From IMG/VR virus record IMGVR_UViG_3300044724_006057, positions 1-26,709 of that record: a stretch of 26,709 nucleotides of DNA, one strand, 5' to 3'. The translations under genes were made by a program, and so were the position numbers. Below are positions 17,601 to 25,668 of the stretch, in pieces (position 1 is the stretch's first letter; each line of letters starts with the position of its first letter). This DNA is from a virus (Duplodnaviria > Caudoviricetes). Below the pieces are notes generated by a model. The model saw nothing but the letters and a program-made list of their open reading frames with translations, was not told the origin of the DNA and did not search any database.

Positions 17601-18052
17601 TGTACGTAAAAGTAGAAAATAATGAGATAGTCCAGTACCCGTATAGCATCGAGCAATTTCGTGCGGACAATAGAAACGTGTCCTTTCCGTCAGACTTAAC
17701 TAATGATATATTAGCTAGTCATGGAGTCTATCCTGTTACCAACGATCCAGCTCCAACATACGATCCTGCTACTCAAAGAGTGGAAAAATCTACTACACCT
17801 GTGCTGAGAGATGGTAGCTGGGTGTTAACTAAATCTGTATTACAGCTTACTGCAGATCAAATTACCTCATACACTAACACTATAGCGAAAAAAGTGAGAG
17901 CTACAAGAACCCAACTATTACAAGAAACAGATTGGTGTGCATGCAGTGATGTAACAATGTCTACAGAAATGAATACATATAGACAAGCATTACGTGATGT
18001 GCCTGCTCAAGAAGGCTTTCCGCACACAATAACTTGGCCCACCAAACCATAA
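17600..18052 (+). CDS. Tail-fibre assembly chaperone-like protein
   Basis: 150 aa. C-terminal R..R..LL.ETDW...YRQALRDVP.QEGFP..I.WP.KP is the pattern of Tfa-like phage fibre chaperones. TAATG overlap with the propeller gene. Confidence 0.8.
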   Translation: MYVKVENNEIVQYPYSIEQFRADNRNVSFPSDLTNDILASHGVYPVTNDPAPTYDPATQRVEKSTTPVLRDGSWVLTKSVLQLTADQITSYTNTIAKKVRATRTQLLQETDWCACSDVTMSTEMNTYRQALRDVPAQEGFPHTITWPTKP

Positions 18053-18062
18053 AGGTTAAACG

Positions 18063-20633
18063 ATGGCAGTTAATTTTCCAAGTAATCCATCAGACGGCGA
18101 TACAGTACTAACCGGTACCAAGCTGTACACCTATCATTCGTCTAAAGGTGTGTGGAAAGATTCTGATGGAGATGATGTCACTCAGTCCACTTTAGACAAT
18201 TATCTCGAAGTAGCAAATAGCTCATCGATTGGTGTTACTACGTACTCCGCGTTGTCTGATTTGCCATTGTCAGGACAATCTACAGGTAAGATGGCTTATG
18301 TGTCAGGTACAAACAGATTGTATCTGTGGGCTGGTAGTGGGTGGTATAATATTGCGCTTGTTAATACAGACCCAAGCATTAGCGGAGCTAGTTCAACATA
18401 TAATCTTGATACAGGTGGCGCCAACACAGTTGTTACATTAGCTTCTTCTGACCCAGAAGGACTACCTATCAGCTTTTCAGTAAGTCATTCAGGAATTGGT
18501 GTCGGTGCTAATGCTATTGCAACAGTTACTCAATCTAATAACATATTCACATTTACACCTACCACTAATACCGCTTTGGCAGGTACATTCACTACTACCT
18601 TTACAGCTAGCGATGGTGTAAACGTAGCCGTTGCCAACAGTTCGTTTACACTGACGTTCACTGTCAACAACAGTAATTATACTACAGCTTTAATTACATC
18701 AGTAGGCACCAATAATCAAGTCAACAATACTTTTGTAGATTCAAGTACCAATAGTCATACTATTACTGGATCTGGTGATGTAACACAAACTACGTTTAGC
18801 CCGTATCGGCATGGTGGGTATTCAGTTTATTGCGATGGAAGTGATGCAGTTAAATTTAATGAGACAGCCTCCGATGAATTTACCTTTGGGACTGGAGATT
18901 TCACTTTAGAAGGTTGGTTTTGGATTGATTTAGCCTCTATCGCTGCGGGGGGTGAGCATACGCTTATTGGTAACAATGGTACAGATGGAGAGCTATGGTT
19001 TAGTATTATTGGCTCAAATTGGAGCGGGCCAAAATATAACTTTCAAACAGGCACCGGAAGCGGTTGGAATACCACAGTTTCTTCTAGTACGAACACAGTT
19101 ACATTAAAAGAATGGGTGCACCTAGCTGTCGTAAGAGATAGCGGAACTGTAACAATTTATGAAAATGGCACGTCAGTCGCAAGTGGAAGTAACTCAGACA
19201 ATATTCCAAACACCAATAGCATGTTGTCCTTTATGGGCAGACCACAAACCTATGGTCAGTATGCTACTGGTTATATTCATGACGTTAGAATAACCAAGGG
19301 AGAAGCGGTATATACATCGTCCTTTACCCCTCCTACAGAAAAAATGAGCGCAGGGGCTAATACAAAATTACTTGCTTTTAGAAAACCTTATATTATTGAT
19401 GAATCTAGTAGTTCTTTGTCCGTAACTCTTGATACGGGAGACCCGTCTGTTGAAGCTTATGCCCCCTACGACTACGAAACATATTCTGCTACTGATAATG
19501 GCGGGTCGATGTATTTTGATGGCAATGGTGATGGGGTATCGGCAGCAAATCATACTTCTTTCGATATAGGTTCAGGGGACTTTACTATAGAGACCTGGTT
19601 TTATTCTAGTAATCCTGACAATGGATATATTTTTGGAAAAGGCGACTCGACTACTGCTTCCGGAACTTCGTTTTGGATGAGCGGTGGTTCCGGCACCGGC
19701 CTTTATCTTTTTCATGGAGGAAGTTATACTGTTATGCAGACCGGCGCGTTGCCTGTTAATCAGTGGACTCATTTAGCTTTTGTACGAAATGGAACTAATT
19801 TAAGTACCTATATTAATGGTACAAGTGTGCACAGCACTACAGCTTCTATTACGGTAAATACAACTTCAAATGAATTAGATATAGGGTACTATCCTGCTAC
19901 GGCTTGGATAGGTAATCTTGAAGACTTTAGATTTGTCAAAGGCACCGCTGTCTACACATCTAACTTCACACCACCCACAGCACCACTAACAGCAATCACC
20001 AATACGTCTTTGCTCCTACAAGGGACCAACGCTGGCATTATTGATAAGTCGCAGTCAGTAAAATCATTGACTTTAAATGGTGACACCAAGTCGTCTACGA
20101 CTCAGAGTAAGTACCTTACTTCGTCAATGTATTTTGATGGTACAGGAGATTATATAACGATTCCTGATAATAATCTTCATGAAATGGGGAGTGCTGATTT
20201 CACTGTTGAAGTATGGGTTTATTGTACTGGCGATCCGGGGACTTGGCAGGTCCTAGTCGGCAAGGGCGCTAGTGGCATTTATTCTCCGTTCGCTCTATAT
20301 AGAAACTCAGATGGCAATGGTTACTTATTCGGATCTACAAATGGAACTAGTTGGGCTGTTAGTAATAGTTTTGGTGCGCTTTCAACAAACACTTGGTATC
20401 ACCTAGCTTTAACTAGAAGCGGGAATACTTGGACAGTTTATAAAGATGGTGTAAGCAGTTATAGTACCACTATAAGTGGATCTGTATATAATAATTCTAC
20501 CGCTCTTGGAATAGGCGGTAGATCCGACAACACAGAGTTGTTTCAAGGATATATGTCTGATGTCCGCATCACCAAAGGTCTAGCACGATACACGTCTAGC
20601 TTTACACCACCCACCTCAGCTTTGTTAGGCTAA
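18063..20633 (+). CDS. Putative virion fibre/adhesin: MAVNFP module, cadherin-like domain and three LamG/ConA-like domains
   Basis: 856 aa; colinear paralog of 1158..3707. Confidence 0.85.
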   Translation: MAVNFPSNPSDGDTVLTGTKLYTYHSSKGVWKDSDGDDVTQSTLDNYLEVANSSSIGVTTYSALSDLPLSGQSTGKMAYVSGTNRLYLWAGSGWYNIALVNTDPSISGASSTYNLDTGGANTVVTLASSDPEGLPISFSVSHSGIGVGANAIATVTQSNNIFTFTPTTNTALAGTFTTTFTASDGVNVAVANSSFTLTFTVNNSNYTTALITSVGTNNQVNNTFVDSSTNSHTITGSGDVTQTTFSPYRHGGYSVYCDGSDAVKFNETASDEFTFGTGDFTLEGWFWIDLASIAAGGEHTLIGNNGTDGELWFSIIGSNWSGPKYNFQTGTGSGWNTTVSSSTNTVTLKEWVHLAVVRDSGTVTIYENGTSVASGSNSDNIPNTNSMLSFMGRPQTYGQYATGYIHDVRITKGEAVYTSSFTPPTEKMSAGANTKLLAFRKPYIIDESSSSLSVTLDTGDPSVEAYAPYDYETYSATDNGGSMYFDGNGDGVSAANHTSFDIGSGDFTIETWFYSSNPDNGYIFGKGDSTTASGTSFWMSGGSGTGLYLFHGGSYTVMQTGALPVNQWTHLAFVRNGTNLSTYINGTSVHSTTASITVNTTSNELDIGYYPATAWIGNLEDFRFVKGTAVYTSNFTPPTAPLTAITNTSLLLQGTNAGIIDKSQSVKSLTLNGDTKSSTTQSKYLTSSMYFDGTGDYITIPDNNLHEMGSADFTVEVWVYCTGDPGTWQVLVGKGASGIYSPFALYRNSDGNGYLFGSTNGTSWAVSNSFGALSTNTWYHLALTRSGNTWTVYKDGVSSYSTTISGSVYNNSTALGIGGRSDNTELFQGYMSDVRITKGLARYTSSFTPPTSALLG

Positions 20634-20646
20634 GGTAATTTATTTT

Positions 20647-20654
20647 TATAAATA
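20647..20654 (+). promoter_or_regulatory. T4-type late promoter TATAAATA
   Basis: Exact gp55 consensus in the intergenic gap before the head genes. Confidence 0.85.
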
Positions 20655-20674
20655 CTATGATCAAGGAGTATATT

Positions 20675-20902
20675 ATGCCAGAAGTAAAAGACGCGATTGA
20701 TCAACTTGCTAATAAGCAGTACGATCAGTTTCGCTCAACCGTCAGTGACCTTTTAATGGATCGCCTTAAAGGTAGAATTGATAACGAAAAGTATGCTGTA
20801 GGGCAATCTATTTTTGCCGACGAGCAGCCCGAAGAAGTTGATGCGGAACTTGAGGTCGACGAATTAGAACAACCAGAGGAGACTTCTGATGAAGAAGTTT
20901 AA
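20675..20902 (+). CDS. gp67-like small acidic prohead core protein
   Basis: Very acidic C-terminus and position upstream of g21. Start moved from 20657 to 20675 because 20657 is only 2 nt after the late promoter, while 20675 follows AAGGAG. Confidence 0.6.
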   Translation: MPEVKDAIDQLANKQYDQFRSTVSDLLMDRLKGRIDNEKYAVGQSIFADEQPEEVDAELEVDELEQPEETSDEEV

Positions 20903-21527
20903 GGACCTGTTTGAAGATAGTCCTGCAAAAGACTATACTCCAAACAAGGAAAAGGACAAGCAGGAGTACAAGCCCCGCTCAAAAGGTGAGCAGGACTTTG
21001 CTAATATGCACATGGTTAGTAAAGTAGGTCACCCAGTAGCTATGGACCATCAGTTTTCCGGTGATGTTTCTGGCAACGAGCGCCTGCCAATGGGTGAGCC
21101 AGAAAAGCATGTAGGTGGTATCAAGCATGCAGATGGCGACAGTAAGCCATTAAAGCAAGGAACTTCTGAAACTCAACCAGGTGGATCTGCTTTTAAAGAA
21201 CCCAAGCAGTATAGTCGAGGCGGTGAAAAGTCTCCTGTAATGCAGGGCTCGTCCAAGATTAAAGAAAGTAGAAAGTTTAGCGATTTCAGAACCGTACTTG
21301 ACGAAGGGGTCGTCGATACTTTAAAAAAGATTAAAAGCCGTAAGCAAGCAATGCCTGTAAAGTTTAAGAACAACAAGACTTTAAAGGTTGACCTGTTTAC
21401 GGCTAGTAAACTTATTTCAGTACATGATGCTCTTAAGCCCGCCAACGCTAAGAAGTTTAGAGATAGTTTAGAAAAGGGCGAGACGTCATTTATGACGATG
21501 GTCGATTTCGCTATGCAGAACGCATAA
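20889..21527 (+). CDS. Putative prohead core or internal head protein
   Basis: 212 aa, highly charged, GAGGAG SD. Occupies the g68 position and carries L/I-x-E motifs (LFE, IKE, LDE). Confidence 0.55.
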   Translation: MKKFKDLFEDSPAKDYTPNKEKDKQEYKPRSKGEQDFANMHMVSKVGHPVAMDHQFSGDVSGNERLPMGEPEKHVGGIKHADGDSKPLKQGTSETQPGGSAFKEPKQYSRGGEKSPVMQGSSKIKESRKFSDFRTVLDEGVVDTLKKIKSRKQAMPVKFKNNKTLKVDLFTASKLISVHDALKPANAKKFRDSLEKGETSFMTMVDFAMQNA

Positions 21528-21538
21528 GGACAATAAAA

Positions 21539-21802
21539 ATGATATTTAAGGTTTTAGGCAACTCCGTTGCTCTTAACTCAGCCACAGATGTAAGTTCTGC
21601 TACATTGGTGCGTGTCGTAAACACTAACGCAGGTGAGCAAACTGTTACAGTAGCCAATACAGTTTCAAAAGTTAATGGTGGTGGTGATCCAGGTACTTTT
21701 GTACTTGAAGCTGGTGCCACAGCTTTCCTTGCTAAAAGGTCTACTGACACAGTAGCAGCAGGAAGCGCTGATGTAAAAGGCACCCCGGTAGCGAGGGCAT
21801 AA
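21539..21802 (+). CDS. Small beta-rich hypothetical protein upstream of g21
   Basis: 87 aa, AAGGA SD; tiles between neighbours. Confidence 0.65.
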   Translation: MIFKVLGNSVALNSATDVSSATLVRVVNTNAGEQTVTVANTVSKVNGGGDPGTFVLEAGATAFLAKRSTDTVAAGSADVKGTPVARA

Positions 21803-21803
21803 A

Positions 21804-22454
21804 ATGAAACTTATTACCGAGATTACAGAGACTGTAGAGTATCTTTCTGAAGCTAAAGAAAACGGTGGTAAGGATTATTTTATCCGTGGTCCGTTTATGC
21901 AGGCTAACATTAAGAATCGTAATGGACGAGTTTACCCTGCAGAGGTACTCGAAAAAGAAGTAAACCGTTACACAACCGAAAATGTTAACAAGAACAGAGC
22001 ATATGGCGAACTTGGACATCCAACTAGTCCAACAATTAATCTTGATCGTGTCAGCCATATGATCAAAGAACTTACTAGAGACGGTGATAACTTTATCGGT
22101 AAGGCTAAAATTATGACAGAGACTCCTATGGGTCGTATTGTGAAGAACTTGATGGACGAAGGTGCTAGTTTAGGTGTTTCGTCTCGTGGTATGGGATCGC
22201 TTAAGAACAAAAACGGTGCAGCTGAAGTACAGAACGATTTCTATCTTGCAACTGCAGCCGATATTGTTGCAGATCCATCAGCTCCAGATGCTTTCGTTGA
22301 AGGTATCATGGAAGGTAAAGAATGGATTTGGGATAACGGCGTTATCAGGGAAGCTACCATTAACGACTATAAACAGACTATAGCGGAAGCCCCTAAAAAA
22401 GATTTGACAGAAGCCAAACTAAAAGTTTGGTCTGACTTTCTGTCCAAGCTATAA
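21804..22454 (+). CDS. g21: Prohead core protease (T4 gp21 family)
   Basis: NRNGRVYP, GELGHP (catalytic His), GVSSRGMGS (catalytic Ser), DIVADPSAPDAFV. Confidence 0.95.
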   Translation: MKLITEITETVEYLSEAKENGGKDYFIRGPFMQANIKNRNGRVYPAEVLEKEVNRYTTENVNKNRAYGELGHPTSPTINLDRVSHMIKELTRDGDNFIGKAKIMTETPMGRIVKNLMDEGASLGVSSRGMGSLKNKNGAAEVQNDFYLATAADIVADPSAPDAFVEGIMEGKEWIWDNGVIREATINDYKQTIAEAPKKDLTEAKLKVWSDFLSKL

Positions 22455-22458
22455 TTTT

Positions 22459-22466
22459 TATAAATA
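22459..22466 (+). promoter_or_regulatory. T4-type late promoter TATAAATA
   Basis: Exact consensus between g21 and g22. Confidence 0.85.
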
Positions 22467-22494
22467 ACATTAGACCACTCAAAGGAGTTTTAAA

Positions 22495-23634
22495 ATGTCT
22501 GGACAAGATATTCAAGAAGTGGAGCTTCAGGAGACTGAGCAGCAGGTTGAAGAATCTGTTGAGACAGTAGAAGAAGAGCAACTTGACGAGTTTAAAGCGT
22601 CAATGGGCGATCCTTCAGAAGTGCCTGAGCCAACTTCAACTAAGGCAAAGCCACGTAAGGGCGACAAAAAGGTAGTTGATGATCCTCAGGATTCTCCTAC
22701 TGCTGTTAAAGTCCCTGGCACTAAGGCTGGTATCATTAACGCCATGATGTCTAAGATGAATGAGATGCCTACAAAGCAACTCAAAGCATCTTATGGCAAA
22801 ATGATGGCCGGCCTCCATAAGGAAGATGTAGAATTCGAAGATGAAACTATTGAAGAAGTTCATAGTGTCCGCGATCTTCCAAAGATTACCTCTGAAGATG
22901 TATCAGTAGCTGAAGACGTAAACGCTATGTTCGAAGGCGCTGATGATCTTAACGAAGAGTTTAAAGAGAAAGCTGCTACGATCTTTGAAGCAGCAGTTGT
23001 TGCTAAGGTAAATGAGCAGCTGGAAAAAATCTCAACTAACTTTGAAGCTGAGCTTGCAGAAGAAGTAGAAAATCTGCAAAAAGAAATGAGCGAAAATCTT
23101 GACCAGTACCTCGACTATGTTGTCGAGCAGTGGATGGAAGAGAATCGTCTTGCTGTAGAGCAGGGACTCAAAGCTGAAATGGTTGAGGACTTCTTGAAAG
23201 GCCTTAAGGGCTTGTTTGAGGAGCACTATGTAGAAATCCCAGACGAGAAGGTTGACGTAGTCGAAGAGCTCGCAGCTAAGACTGAAGAATTGGAGTCTAG
23301 GCTAAACGAGCAAATCGAGAAGAATGTTGAACTTCACGGTGTTGTTGAGCAATATAAGAGGGATCAGCTGATTGAGTCAGTAAGCGCAAGCCTAACTGAT
23401 ACTCAAAAGGCTAAATTTGAGACCTTAGCTGAAGGAATTGATTTTAGTGATGAAGAGACCTTCGTTAATAAACTTAGTGTTATTAAGGAAAGTTATTTTG
23501 GCAAAGGTGAGGATAAGACTTCATCATATGAGTTGGACGACGATGAGCCATTAACAGAAGAGACTGCTGAAAAGCCAGTTCCTGCTGAGATGGCAAATTA
23601 CGTAAATGCCATTTCTAGGTCCATAAAGAAGTAA
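22495..23634 (+). CDS. g22: Prohead core scaffolding protein (T4 gp22 family)
   Basis: Acidic coiled-coil protein with EEFKEKAATIFEAAV, YLDYVVEQWMEEN and LFEEHYVEIP. Lies between g21 and g23. Confidence 0.93.
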   Translation: MSGQDIQEVELQETEQQVEESVETVEEEQLDEFKASMGDPSEVPEPTSTKAKPRKGDKKVVDDPQDSPTAVKVPGTKAGIINAMMSKMNEMPTKQLKASYGKMMAGLHKEDVEFEDETIEEVHSVRDLPKITSEDVSVAEDVNAMFEGADDLNEEFKEKAATIFEAAVVAKVNEQLEKISTNFEAELAEEVENLQKEMSENLDQYLDYVVEQWMEENRLAVEQGLKAEMVEDFLKGLKGLFEEHYVEIPDEKVDVVEELAAKTEELESRLNEQIEKNVELHGVVEQYKRDQLIESVSASLTDTQKAKFETLAEGIDFSDEETFVNKLSVIKESYFGKGEDKTSSYELDDDEPLTEETAEKPVPAEMANYVNAISRSIKK

Positions 23635-23637
23635 TAT

Positions 23638-23645
23638 TATAAATA
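23638..23645 (+). promoter_or_regulatory. T4-type late promoter TATAAATA
   Basis: Exact consensus upstream of g23, followed by a GAGGAG SD. Confidence 0.88.
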
Positions 23646-23672
23646 ACTTTAGATAGATTAGAGGAGACTATC

Positions 23673-25055
23673 ATGTTATCTGAACAACTTATCGAGAAGT
23701 GGCAGCCAGTGCTCGATCACGGCGATCTCGGCGAGATCAAAGATTCTCATCGTCGTGCTGTAACTGCTCAACTTCTGGAAAACCAAGAACGCTCTGCTCG
23801 TGAGCAAGCTATGGGTTCAGGCGGATACCAAATGCCATCGCTGTTGGGTGAGGCTTCGCCTACCAACGCAATGGGTGGTTCTTCTGCTCCTAGCGTTTCA
23901 CCATCGGGCAACATCGATCTGTTTGATCCAGTATTAATTTCACTGGTACGACGATCAATGCCAAACCTGATTGCATACGACGTGTGTGGCGTACAGCCAA
24001 TGACTGGTCCAACAGGACTAATCTTTGCTATGCGTGCACGTTACGCTAATCAGACTGGTACAGAAGCTCTTTTCAACGAAGCTGATACTTCAGTATCTGG
24101 TTCTGCTTCTGGTAACACAGCTTCACTTGGCGTAATCGATTCTACTACTGACAACCGTCAGGCTGGTAGCGACCCAACGACTCGTGCTCTTGCTAACAAC
24201 TATTCAGTACAAACTGGTATGTCTACCACGGCTGCTGAAGCTTTGGGTGACGGCGATGCTAACGCTTTCCAAGAGATGGCGTTCTCAATCGAGAAAGTTG
24301 CTGTAACGGCTGTTTCACGTGCTCTGAAAGCTGAGTACACTATGGAACTGGCTCAGGACCTGAAAGCTATCCACGGCCTCGACGCTGAGACTGAGCTTTC
24401 TAACATCCTGTCAGCTGAGATCCTGGCTGAAATTAACCGTGAAGTTGTTCGAACGATCAACTACACTGCTTCAGCTGGTGCTCAGGAGAACGTTGCTTCG
24501 CAAGGTACTTTTAACCTCGACGTTGACTCTAACGGTCGTTGGTCAGTAGAGCGCTTCAAAGGTCTGATTTTCCAGATCGAGCGTGACGCTAACCAAATCG
24601 CTAAAGCAACTCGTCGCGGTAAGGGTAACATCATGATCTGCTCTTCTGACGTAGCTTCTGCTCTTCAGATGGCTGGCGTTCTTGATTACACCCCAGCTCT
24701 GTCAGTCAACCTGAATGTAGATGACACTGGTAACACCTTTGCTGGTGTACTGAACGGTCGGATTCGAGTCTACATCGATCCATACTTCAGCTCTTCAGCT
24801 GGTAACCAGTACTACACTCTTGGCTACAAGGGCTCTAGCGCCTTTGATGCTGGTATCTTCTACTGCCCATATGTACCTCTACAGATGGTACGTGCGGTTG
24901 GTGAGGACACCTTCCAGCCTAAGATTGGCTTCAAGACTCGTTACGGCATGGTTGCTAACCCATTTGCACAAGGCGCTACAGCCGGCAATGGTACAATCAG
25001 CTTCAACAACAAGAACGTATACTACCGACTTGTTGCAGTAGCGAACCTGATGTAA
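23673..25055 (+). CDS. g23: Major capsid protein (T4 gp23 family)
   Basis: EKWQPVL, LLENQE, DPVLISLVRR, GVQPMTGPTGLIFA, SRALKAEYTMELAQDLKAIHGLDAE, YCPYVPL, FQPKIGFKTRYG. Likely gp21 cleavage at LGE60/A61. Confidence 0.98.
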   Translation: MLSEQLIEKWQPVLDHGDLGEIKDSHRRAVTAQLLENQERSAREQAMGSGGYQMPSLLGEASPTNAMGGSSAPSVSPSGNIDLFDPVLISLVRRSMPNLIAYDVCGVQPMTGPTGLIFAMRARYANQTGTEALFNEADTSVSGSASGNTASLGVIDSTTDNRQAGSDPTTRALANNYSVQTGMSTTAAEALGDGDANAFQEMAFSIEKVAVTAVSRALKAEYTMELAQDLKAIHGLDAETELSNILSAEILAEINREVVRTINYTASAGAQENVASQGTFNLDVDSNGRWSVERFKGLIFQIERDANQIAKATRRGKGNIMICSSDVASALQMAGVLDYTPALSVNLNVDDTGNTFAGVLNGRIRVYIDPYFSSSAGNQYYTLGYKGSSAFDAGIFYCPYVPLQMVRAVGEDTFQPKIGFKTRYGMVANPFAQGATAGNGTISFNNKNVYYRLVAVANLM

Positions 25056-25082
25056 TAAAAAGACCCGTAAGGGCGATTTTGG

Positions 25083-25109
25083 ACGGGAGCTTCGGCTCCC
25101 GTTTTTTTT
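25083..25109 (+). terminator. Rho-independent terminator with C(UUCG)G tetraloop
   Basis: ACGGGAGC-TTCG-GCTCCCGT followed by a T run, directly after g23. Confidence 0.92.
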
Positions 25110-25114
25110 GTCTG

Positions 25115-25122
25115 GATAAATA
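25115..25122 (+). promoter_or_regulatory. Probable variant late promoter (GATAAATA) for g3
   Basis: 7/8 match to TATAAATA, just after the terminator and before the AGGAGG SD of g3. Confidence 0.6.
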
Positions 25123-25137
25123 GATCAGGAGGAATAT

Positions 25138-25665
25138 ATGGCTACTACACAACCTAAAACTAAGAGCTACCTATCACCGCTTGGGTTTAGGTTTCTTCTT
25201 AACAGAACTCCTAATACTAACTATTTCGTACAAAACGTACGTCTTCCTACTCTTTCACTAGGACAGTTTGATATTGAAGATCCGTTTGTTAAGTTGCCAA
25301 TGCCAGGCACAAAACTTACCTTTGAGCCTCTTGACATTACGTTCCTAGTAGATGAAGATATGACTAACTATTTGGAGATCTTTAGTTGGTTAGAAGGCTT
25401 AGGCTTTCCAGAATCATTTGATCAATACCGTAATTTGGTAAGGAGCAATCAAACTTCTCCATCTCAAAAAAATGCTTCGGTGTTTAGTGACGGGGACCTT
25501 ATCATTCTTTCTAGCCATCAAAATGCCAACATCAAAGTAAAATACAAAGATATGTTCCCAATATCGTTGTCTGATCTTGCATTTGATAGTACACTGACCG
25601 ATGTAGAGTACCTGCGTGCTACAGTAACCTTTAGGTATAGATCGTATACAATTGAAAAATTTTAA
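25138..25665 (+). CDS. g3: Tail tube terminator / tail completion protein (T4 gp3 family)
   Basis: LSPLGFRF..R.P...YF.Q.V.LP, L.ITFLVDEDM.NY.EI..WL, D.FP.SLS.L.F, ATVTFRY. Lies between g23 and uvsY. Confidence 0.85.
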   Translation: MATTQPKTKSYLSPLGFRFLLNRTPNTNYFVQNVRLPTLSLGQFDIEDPFVKLPMPGTKLTFEPLDITFLVDEDMTNYLEIFSWLEGLGFPESFDQYRNLVRSNQTSPSQKNASVFSDGDLIILSSHQNANIKVKYKDMFPISLSDLAFDSTLTDVEYLRATVTFRYRSYTIEKF

Positions 25666-25668
25666 AGT

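Noticed and set aside
20657-20674. ORF-track start at 20657
   Set aside because: It lies 2 nt after TATAAATA, so it would fall at or before the transcript start. The ATG at 20675 has an AAGGAG SD.
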